The notes under the pieces: model-generated
The model's input: the letters and a program-made list of their open reading frames with translations, nothing else
Databases searched by the model: none
Told to the model about the DNA's origin: nothing
Shown here: in pieces, positions 54,116-64,000 of the stretch
Layout of the letters: every line of letters starts with the position of its first letter
Numbering within the stretch: the stretch's first letter is position 1
Translations under genes and position numbers: made by a program
Source: Eledone cirrhosa
Taxonomy: Eukaryota
DNA: 64,000 nt
NCBI GenBank assembly: GCA_964016885.1
Contig: OZ024763.1
Coordinates: 5,704,001 to 5,768,000, forward strand
Direction: 5' to 3'

Positions 54116-54332
54116 ATTTATTAATGAATGGACAGTTATATGACCTCCTTTTCACCCAAGAGACATACATATATATATATATATAATGTGTGTGTGTGTA
54201 TGTATATATATATTATATATACTCATTTATATATATGACTGTTTGTTGTGATGTTTTACAATATTTATTTAATTGAAATGAAAATCTGCATTGACTCTGG
54301 TTTTAGTTTGTCTGATTTTTTTTCTTCTACTC

Positions 54333-54600
54333 CACTCTGGCCATGCTGGAGTAACACACTTTTCTACTGGTCTTAGTCATAAAACTCTGGCCATGCTGGG
54401 GCAGCACACTTTTACTGGTCTCAGTTGTAGAACTCTGGCCATGCTGGGGCAGCACACTTTTACTGGACTCAGTTGTAGAACTCTGGCCATGCTGGGGCAC
54501 CACACTTTTCTATTGTTCTCAGTCATAAAACTCTGGCCATGCTGGGGCATCACACTTTTCTACTGGTCTCAGTCATGAACCTCTGGCCATGCTGGGGCAC
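54333..54600. repeat. ~48-50-bp tandem repeat (~5 copies) downstream of the TRAF4-like stop
   Basis: Unit ACTCTGGCCATGCTGGGGCAGCACACTTTTACTGGTCTCAGTTGTAGA. Its reverse complement TGCCCCAGCATGG also occurs at ~19724, ~28239 and ~63758. Confidence 0.8.
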
Positions 54601-55762
54601 TGATCTTATGAACTTCAGAACGATATTTATATATTTTTATTAAACAACCTCAAAAATGTTCATCTTTTTTTAAATAAATTAAATCTGTGACAATTTTTGC
54701 TTGAAAAATGAATACATTTTTTTTTTATTACACACACATTTTCTTACAATTACATCACCTTATTAAATATTTAATATTTCACCTCACCTGTTACAGGTGA
54801 TATGTCACTGCAGGGAGAGAGAAATATTTTGATATCAAATAATTAATAATGGAATTTCTGTGAATTTCAGAAAAATAATACTGCCAAACTTAGTTGATTG
54901 TGTGTGTGAGAGTGTGAGCGTCTGGGTATATATATGTGTGTGTGTGTGTGTGTGTTTATATATATACATATATATATATATATGCATGTATACACATACA
55001 CATAGATATATGTATATGTATGTGTGTGTGTGTGTGTGTGTGTCTATGTGCGTGTATATTATGTATGTATGTATATATACTCACACACATACATATATAT
55101 GTAGGTGTGTGTATGTGTCTATATATGTGTGTATATATATACACACATATGTGTGTGTCTGTATGTGTATATAAATATAGTACAAAACTTTGATATTTAT
55201 CCTAATCTGTATGGTATTTGTGTTTTGTATAAAACTTTCCTCTCAGAGAAAATCTATAAATATATGAGAAAACCTGCTATTTCCTCTCTCTCTCTCCTGG
55301 TTACCTCCATCAAATAAATACTGCCCCCCACCACACCCTGATATGTATGTATGTATCTATCTATCTATCTATGTATGTATATATATCCCACTATTTAAAT
55401 TATGTCTTAAATTACTATGTCTTAACTAAACATAAAGTGACGATAAATGTTTTTAAAAGTGTACGAAACTGACGGTGCAAACACTTTTACGGTAGCTGCG
55501 TAAATATGTAAAATTAAAAAACTTTCTGACATATGTAAATACATGTCTCGTTTACATATATCTCAATTATTGTGCTAATTGTTCTATAATTAGTTTAACA
55601 AAGCATTGTTAATTAGTTGGTGTCCTTGTTTGGAAATGTAATCAAATATTTCTTTCGTTTTCACAAAAACATGCCATACTTTATTTGCATATATATATAT
55701 ATGTGTATATATATATTATGTATGTGTGTAAGTATATGTATGTGTGTAAGTATATGTATGTA

Positions 55763-55793
<31 letters not shown>

Positions 55794-58062
55794 TGTATGT
55801 ATGTATGTGTGTATGTATGTATATGTATGTGTATATATTATATATACATTATGTATATATATGTATGTGTATATATATATTATGTATGTGTGTAAGTATA
55901 TGTATGTGTGTAAGTATATGTATGTGTGTGTATATATATATATATATATTGTATGTATGTGTGTATGTATGTATGTATATGTATGTGTATATATTATATA
56001 TACATTATGTATATATATGTATGTGTATATATATATTATGTATGTATATATATATTATGTATGTATATGAATGTATATGTATTTATATATATGAATGTAT
56101 GTATGTATAGTTTTTCACTAAATCATATACATACATATGTTACAGGTATATATATTTAACTAATCACTAAATTATCACAGTTTAATTAAAACTTATCATA
56201 CTATTTAATTAAGACACTAAAAACGCAGGGAAGCCAACATATTTCAAATACACAACAAACTCAATATTTAAATATAAACCATCTTGGTGTGTGACAACAA
56301 CAACTCAATATTTAAATATAAACCATCTTGGTGTGTGACAACAAAACTTCATGTCACTCAAATGTGTTTGTAATTAGCATTTGTAATTTTTTTTTTTTTT
56401 TTTTAAATTCTGTAATTAAATTTACAGATTTTAAAATAAAAATGTTAGAAACATTTTAATGTGGGTTTTATTGTCATTTATTTATCATCATCATCATCAT
56501 CATCATTTTACGTCTGTTTTTCCCTGCTTGCAAGAGTGGGATGGGTCCTCTTCAGCACAGCATCTCTCCATTTGCCACGGTCCTTCATTATCTCCTCTCT
56601 GAGCTTCAGCGATCTGAGGTCAACTCTCACCACCTCCGCTCATGTTTTCTCTGTGTGTGTGTATATAAATATATATATACCATATATGCCAGCATACAAG
56701 TCAACATTTGGAGCCTAAAAATATCTCACCAAAGTCAGGGGTCGACTTGTTTGCCAAATATAAAATGTGAACCTTCATCATTGGGGGTAAACAGTGAAAC
56801 TGCCTGCCTAACACTCGTTCTTCACCATTTACCATAACTCTAGCAGCCTAACACTCGTTGTTCACCACTTACCATAACTCTAGCAGCCCACCGCAATTAT
56901 TTCCTACTGAATATCATATTTATTAAGTCTCTTTAACGTAGAGATTATAATAATATCAATGACTTGCCATAGCTCATAGAGTAGGTTTCCGTAGGGTAGG
57001 TTTCCATAGAGTAGGTTACCACAGGGTAGGTTACCATAGGTTTGTTAAGGTTAGGCTGGTTTACTCAGTGAGTTAGAACTGTTTGAGAAATGTCTTAGTC
57101 AGTAAATTGAATTATTTCCCCTGCAACTGCCTTATTTTTGGGGTGGGGGTCATGTTATCTGGCGAATATAGGCCTAAACCTGAATTACACCTCAGAATTT
57201 TAAGGATTGAACTATGCGCCGGATCGACTTCTACACCAGCGTATACAGTAATATGTGTGCGTGTATAGATATATATATATATATGTAGTTAATAAATGAA
57301 GCAAACAAAACACAGGAGGCAAATTTACATGCTTGGAGTAAGTGAAGGCTGACTGCAACTCGATTTTGAGTAATGTCATCGTTTGGTACTTAAGCATGAG
57401 TATCACAGATGTGGCTTTTTACTCCTGCTAGGGACTTGCCTGTGGCCAGCAATACCATGCATCTCAAAAATATCACATATCAAGCGATACCTGTGTTTGA
57501 AGCTTTTTTAAGTGAGGAAAGAATTTGCACGAGGCCAATCCCACTCTCTCAACATCGAATGCATTTGCCCCAAAAGTAGCACTGGTCTCCATCATTGGAT
57601 GCAAACGATTTCACAAGTTTTATATGAGAGTGACCTTCTCCTTGAGAGATGTCTTAAAGGAGACTAGGGGTCTCTCACTCCACAAAAAAAAAGAAAAAAA
57701 AATATATTGGATGGCTGTTGACTCTCATCAGTTCCTCTGCCCTTTGACAGGTTTTGTTTTTCATCTCACAGGGTGTCCAAATTCACCCTCCTCACCAAGC
57801 AAGCTCAGTGGGGTTGCCTGTTTAGTCGCTGACAACTTGAACATGCACTGGGCTACATGTTACCAATATTGAATTTTAATCCTCTGCTACATTAACTGTC
57901 CTTACCAACAAGATAACTGCCGATAACTTGTTCTGATGAACCAAGGACCAAGCTTCTCACACTTTACCAAAGAAAATAGTGAACTACATCACTATAATCA
58001 CATATTTTATTATAATAGAATTTTTTTCAACATGCTGACATATATGTGTAGTGGTGTGGGCA

Positions 58063-58250
58063 TGTCTAAAGTCTGTCTTAAATCAGAAGGCTCATTTGGC
58101 CAGTGCTTATCCCGGTTTCATGGTGTGAAGTGACTAAGATTTCAAGACTCCCCCTGGACAGGACGCCAGTGCATTGCAGGGTTTAACCCCCAACTATTGC
58201 TGGTACTCATTTTCAGCTGAGTATACTGGAGCAATGTGAAATGAAGTGTT
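58063..58250 (-). mobile_element. SINE 3' fragment (family C)
   Basis: Inverted match to ~62686-62850. Shares TTGCTCCAGT..ACTCAGCTG with family B but has a different tail. Confidence 0.6.
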
Positions 58251-58680
58251 TGTATGTGCATATGCATACATTTATATGTATGAGTATATAAATATAAACA
58301 CACAAACACAGACACACAAAAATACACACTCAGAGGTATACATTCACACAAACACACACATAGATACATTTACACAAACATACACTCCTACACAGTGTAA
58401 CAAATGAAACGCGAGCCGCTGCTTTGCTATAGATTTTTCACCATCCCCTTACTTCCTTTTACACACACATACATTCACACAAACACACACACATAAAACA
58501 GTTGAAAAAAAAAACAAACACTTTCGTAAGTTGTCTCCCCTGAGTAAAAAATACATTTATTAAAAACCTACTAGAAATAACAGCCATATATCACACACAA
58601 GTGAATGTAAACACACACACACACACACACGTGTGTATATATATTTATATGTATATACATATGTATACATACATATATAC

Positions 58681-58711
<31 letters not shown>

Positions 58712-58928
58712 CACATATATTTATATGTATATATGCACTCACACAAACGAATATTTACATGTACATGCACATATAAATATTGAAAACGTGTGTTGAAACA
58801 TATATATTTATACTTTGGGAGGGTCATGTTACCAATAAAAACACACACACCTGTTGGTTTTCACTTCAATTTATTATAACTTTCCCGTTTGGTGGTTGGT
58901 TCGATAACCGGATGGTTGTTTATATATT

Positions 58929-58971
58929 GTCAAAGCTCTTTCGTCACACATTCTGTGACCTCCTCAGCGAC
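58929..58971 (-). ncRNA. Minimal hammerhead motif adjacent to Penelope-like RT remnant
   Basis: Reverse complement GTCG-CTGAGGA-G-GTCACA-GAATG-TGTGAC-GAAA-GAGC-TT-TGAC. Confidence 0.65.
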
Positions 58972-59049
58972 TGGATTTTTATTTTGTGTCTCTCCTTTGT
59001 TGTGTCCTACACCATCTTGTTTTTGTGTGACACAGTTACACCTCGGCCG

Positions 59050-59460
59050 AATCAGTTAGATATCGAGAACTACTACACCTCGATAACCCTACCACTCCTT
59101 TTGGACGCTTTAAATCATGCCAAAACAATTTCACCCATTACCGACCAAGAAATTTAAATAATATTCAGCGCTTGGAAGACCATCTTACTCTTCGATAATT
59201 CCACCTGGATAAAAAGAGCCCCCAGACTCTCCGTTCGACGTTAGTATGGGTTCTACTGACTTGGCCGAGGTAACGGACCTCATAGGTCTATTCATACTCC
59301 AAAAACTCATTGAAAAGTTTCCTGCGTTCGGATGTGGTTTTTACAGAGATGGTCTGTGCAATTTATGCTCGAGGGAACGATCCAGATGCTATTTGCCAAA
59401 GGCCAATTATTAAACAAAAGGGATGAACTCGTTACTTCATGTAAATACAGAATATACAAA
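59050..59460 (+). mobile_element. Degenerate Penelope-like RT/endonuclease remnant
   Basis: LDIENYYTSIT, FDVSMGSTDLAEVTDLIGLFIL, GFYRDG and LNKRDELVTSCKYR resemble PLE motifs FDIxxFYPSI, FDVTMGSYDGAE, GLYRDDG and LNKRSELxSKCRH. Stops and deletions are present. Confidence 0.75.
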
Positions 59461-60314
59461 ACATATCTTAGCTTGAAATCCCCTCACGATCCAGGTGGGT
59501 AGATCTTGGTTTTAATATCCTTCCCACTTACACACTAAGATAGAGGAAGCTCAGAGCACACTTGTCCCTTTCCTAAAGCATCCTTAGATAGAAATAGAAT
59601 ATTTTCATTATTGTAAACAAATACATATTGCCCTTTAAGACCAGCCGATTAGATAGCTATGGTACATGCACAGACCTATTACTGTACTACAGCAATGGCA
59701 CGCCTGGTATATAGAGTAAATGTGTACTATTATATGCACATATATTAGGCCAGTTCGTAAGCACCATCAAAAACCTATAGCGTTAGCCTTGTTAAAGTAA
59801 GCTATTAGTTATCATTCAATTTTATTATTTCCTTTTGCTAAGGTATCGCGATGGCTTTGATATACCTGTTATATATACACGTTGAGGCATTTCTTATATA
59901 AAACAGGAATCCATAATACTATATATTCTTAGATAACTTACGATAGCACAAGAACCGAAATAACTAGAAATATCTTTAAGATTAATGGTAGATTTATTGT
60001 TGTTTGAAATCAGTAAATTAGTGAACAAGGCACCTTTTCCGGACCATAAAGATTTCTCTACGAAGGGGGAGATAGTAATAAATTATAAATGCTTAGCTTT
60101 CTAACAAATCGTAAATAAAAAGCAAATTAACAAACACATAAATACACTACACCATTCCCTTTGACTTAAATACGCCGAAATTCCCGCCGTTCGAATACTG
60201 GCGCTTTAGTTCGGATCTAGCTGTCGAAATGGCTGGAGCTCAGCCGTCAGGGTCCTGAATATTTTCATATTACCCATTCTACTACCCCAAGTATCGAGTA
60301 CTCTGGTGGGTTAT

Positions 60315-60353
<39 letters not shown>

Positions 60354-60397
60354 CAAAGTTAAAATTAGAGAAATTCAATTAAAATTCATGAAGAAGT

Positions 60398-60537
60398 GTT
60401 TATTACTTTACAATTGTTTCGAAGGAAGAGATAACAATTCAATCAATAAACGTATATACTATCTATAGTTCAATAAATAGATACGTGTGTTATTAAGAGC
60501 TATTACGAACAGATCCTTGTCTTCAGAACATATAAAC
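60398..60537 (-). ncRNA. Hammerhead motif with enlarged loop II, partly degenerate
   Basis: Reverse complement GTTTATATGTT-CTGAAGA-C-AAGGA...TCCTT-C-GAAA-C-AATT-G-TA-AAGTAATAAAC. A partial inverted copy of the 3' half lies near 60957-61036. Confidence 0.5.
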
Positions 60538-61199
60538 AAATGTCAAAATATATCACTTAGGGATGATTACATATACTTCTTACACTAATCTTTAGAAGTA
60601 GCCGAATGATATTTAAATAATGTTTTTCTTATAGTAAATAATTTACATACAATTGGAGCTCTTCTGTGTATTTAAAAACACATCTTAAAGTATTTGTTTA
60701 CTACTTGTCCTGTAACGCGTTCAATAATAATTGTTTCTACTTTAGGCACAAGGCCAGCAATTATCCAGTGCATGGCTGCGGATGTATTGCATCAAATTTG
60801 TGAACAGAAGTTATGTTGAGACCTTTTCTGGTTGATTTCCACTATGGTTTCTTTTTGCTAAAATTACTGGTATGTTTTTCACATTTTATGTAATCGTCCC
60901 TAAGTGACATATATTGAAATATTGATAGTATGTAGATTTATTGATTTTATTTTGACCTCTTCCTTCGAAACAACTGTAAACTAATAAACACTTCTTTATG
61001 AATTTTGGTTGAATTTCTCTAATTATAATTTTGATATTTATGTTGTGCTTATATATTTAATGCTTGGCTTTAGCTTTGTTTTGTTCTCTCTAAATACGTA
61101 TTGAGCACATTGCTCTCCTTGCTACCATCCTGTTCCTACTCTGGCTACTGTACTTTCTGAACACCCATTTCCGCTGCTAATTCGGCTACGTTGAGGCTC

Positions 61200-62050
61200 A
61201 GATCTTTTCACAATACTCTGGCCCAACCCCCTAGCTGTGCGGCCAGTACATTGATGACTGCTTTGGTGCCAAATCTCTCACCTGAGCCCAGCTCAACTAC
61301 TTTTTGTCCTTTCTCTGCTCCTTCCAACCCAATTAACTTCCTGGACATCTCTATAACCATTGACACCTCCAATCGCTCCCTCTTCACCTCTGCCTACTTC
61401 AAGCCCTTGGACTCCCACACCAAACACTTCACCCCCTATTCCCAATTCCTCCATCTACGCCGCCTGTGTTGTTGAACCCATGATTTTGAGAATCAGTCTC
61501 ATTACATATCCAGACTTTTCAGAAGATGTGGATACATCCCTTCCTTGATCCAAGCCACCTCACCCATGCCTGTGCCGATTACACCACACCACTACCACTC
61601 TACCAACTGACTGACCTTCTCCGTTACCTACCACCCCTCCAGAAGACGAATCTGTCTTTTCCACCTCACCCATTTTCCCCTCCCACCCCTCTTTATTCAA
61701 GCACACTCACAACCTTCGGAACCTCCTCGGTCGCAGCTCCCTTACTCCCGACCCCACTGTCATACATGCAGCTTTATTTCCAACACCACCACCCTTTTCC
61801 GTCCCTCCAGGTTAGGGACTCCTTCAGCTGTACCTCCACCTCCGTGCGGAGCTATCTACCTGAACACCTTCGGGGCATCTGGGTCAGCAGCCCAACACTT
61901 CGATCTGCCGACCACCCCACACACCACCTGTGTCTTCGGGCTCGCATATTGTGCTGGAGCTTCTGACTCGCACTGGTGCAGAGAACAGCAACTTATTTTC
62001 TCCTTACAAACTTTTCTTCCCTCTTACCTTAATGCCCGACCCATCTTCCT
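61200..62050 (+). mobile_element. Degenerate Penelope-like element of a second family
   Basis: QYIDDCFGA, INFLDISITI, TSAYFKPLDSH and PYSQFLHLRRLCC match PLE RT and thumb motifs. Frameshifted. Confidence 0.75.
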
Positions 62051-62977
62051 ATAGTCTGCTCTGTCATATACTCTCTATCACACAGTAAACATACACATCA
62101 CATTTAAATAATTTACACACACACAATATAAATTTCAACATACATACACACATTAAAATTTATCATGCACTCACACATACTAATCCACACATCTCACGGA
62201 CATACGCTAACACTACTAGATACTTTATGCACACACATACATGTCCATTACCACACGGATATACGCATAAACACACTTTGAATAAGGTAATTATTTAACC
62301 CATAAATAGGGTCCTAACAGGTACTACTACTCTGTGCCAGAGCAGACCTGGGAGTTATGACCAAGGGGTAACTCCACATTTCCCACAGCCCCACTGGATG
62401 TAGTATATCTCTATATATAATATATATTATTATATATTTTACATGTATATGTTTAGTATATACATATATTACATATTAGAAATAGTCAGTTGAACTCTTG
62501 CTACTTACAGACTGCCTGAAACTAGACAAGCTGTTGAAATGGCAAGAACTCACCCAACATGCCCAAACTCTTTATATAATCTTACACCATTATCAGGTAC
62601 TCTGTTTCATGATGTTCTAACTAGTATAAAACAGGTTTAATCCTGATATATATTGTACATATATATATTTATATAATGTCATATCTTTATTTCACGTTGC
62701 TCCAGTAAACTCAGCTGAAAATGAGTACCAGCAGTAGCTGGAGGTTTAACCATGAGATGGACTGGCGTCCTGTCCAGGGGGGTCTTGTACTCTGTCGCTT
62801 CACGCAATGAAACCGGGATGAGCCTGCTGGCTTAAGACAGACTTTAGACATATATAATATATACATATACTATCTATCTATCTAGGGCGGGTAAAATTCC
62901 TGAGATCCATAGATACATAGGGACATTCCCATGCATGTACTACGTAATACTACATAATATCTTACACATGTATGTAT

Positions 62978-63010
<33 letters not shown>

Positions 63011-63240
63011 CACTATATTATAACAGTTTACACAGTTTCATTCAAAAACAAGATATGAAATACCAAAAAAACTGAAGCTAACAACAACATGAAATTTACA
63101 TAAGAAAAATATCTTCAAATTTTAATATTTAGAGTTTTATAAATGGTGTGGAACAAGAAGAAACATAACAGAGCCACCCAGTAACAAGGCTCCCTTTAAG
63201 AGTAAGGCTTGGTGCAGCCAACTGGTCCAACCTCCTTCAT

Positions 63241-63670
63241 AAACTATGGTTCCACTGTGAGAAGTGTTCAGCGCGGCCAACTGGCTGGTCCCTCCTCATA
63301 GAGTGCCATCAAGCTCCGGGCTCCAAAACTATGGTTCCACTGTGAGAAGTGTTCAGCGCGGCCAACTGGCTGGTCCCTCCTCATAGAGTGCCATCAAGCT
63401 CCGGGCTCCAAAACTATGGTTCCACTGTGAGATGGGTTCAGCCCGGACAACTAGCTTGTCCCTCCTCATAATGGTGCCATCCAGTCCCACACTGTAAATG
63501 TGGTTGGTATTAGGAAGGGCATCCGGCTTTCGAATCCCCGGCCAAATTTACTGTCCTGTGAGAGCAAGGCACAGCGCGGCCAGTTCTGGCCAGATTTGTC
63601 TCTCGACGTGGATGACCCGTCTAACCCATGCAAACATGGAAAATGGATGCTAAACAGTGATGATGATGAT
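63241..63670 (+). repeat. 85-bp x~3 tandem duplication within a retroposon tail ending in (GAT)n
   Basis: AAACTATGGTTCCACTGTGAGA at 63241, 63326 and 63411. Confidence 0.8.
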
Positions 63671-64000
63671 ATATATACACCTATACATATATATACTCCC
63701 TTTTGTATCAATGGCCAGCCAGGGAAAGCTGACTAGAAACTGTAGCATCGGCAGCAGTGCCCCAGCATGGCCTCAGCCCCTCAGCTGGAACACATAAAAT
63801 AGAATAATACATACATATATATATATATATAAAATTATAATATAGAGTTAGAAACTCACAATAGTCCCCTATAATCAAGGGAGTTCAAGGAAGATAAACC
63901 GAGCCCTTTATAAATCATAGCAATGAGAGAAGGCACATAATAAATGATGTCAGATAATAAGGGGATAAAGTACCACCGTGGTAAAGAGCATATAAACTAC

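Overview
Eukaryotic, AT-rich, microsatellite-saturated genomic DNA with one 200-N gap. The SINE types and (TA)n/(CA)n density suggest a cephalopod such as Octopus; this is inference only. One host gene is recognisable: six coding exons of a TRAF4-like gene on + (48458-53421). Its first, RING-encoding exon was not found in the window. The rest is repeats: Helitron pieces, a deleted Tc1/mariner element, RTE and Penelope-like fragments, hAT and TTAA-type MITEs, tRNA-derived SINEs and several tandem arrays. The most striking unexplained structure is a set of about 15 intact or degenerate minimal type-I hammerhead-ribozyme motifs from several sequence families. Several lie in inverted-repeat units, including a near-perfect 731-bp palindrome carrying one motif on each strand. 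There is also a 2.6-kb tandem array whose 80-bp unit is a tRNA-like Pol III A-box/B-box head. Almost all long ORFs in the supplied track are microsatellite artefacts.
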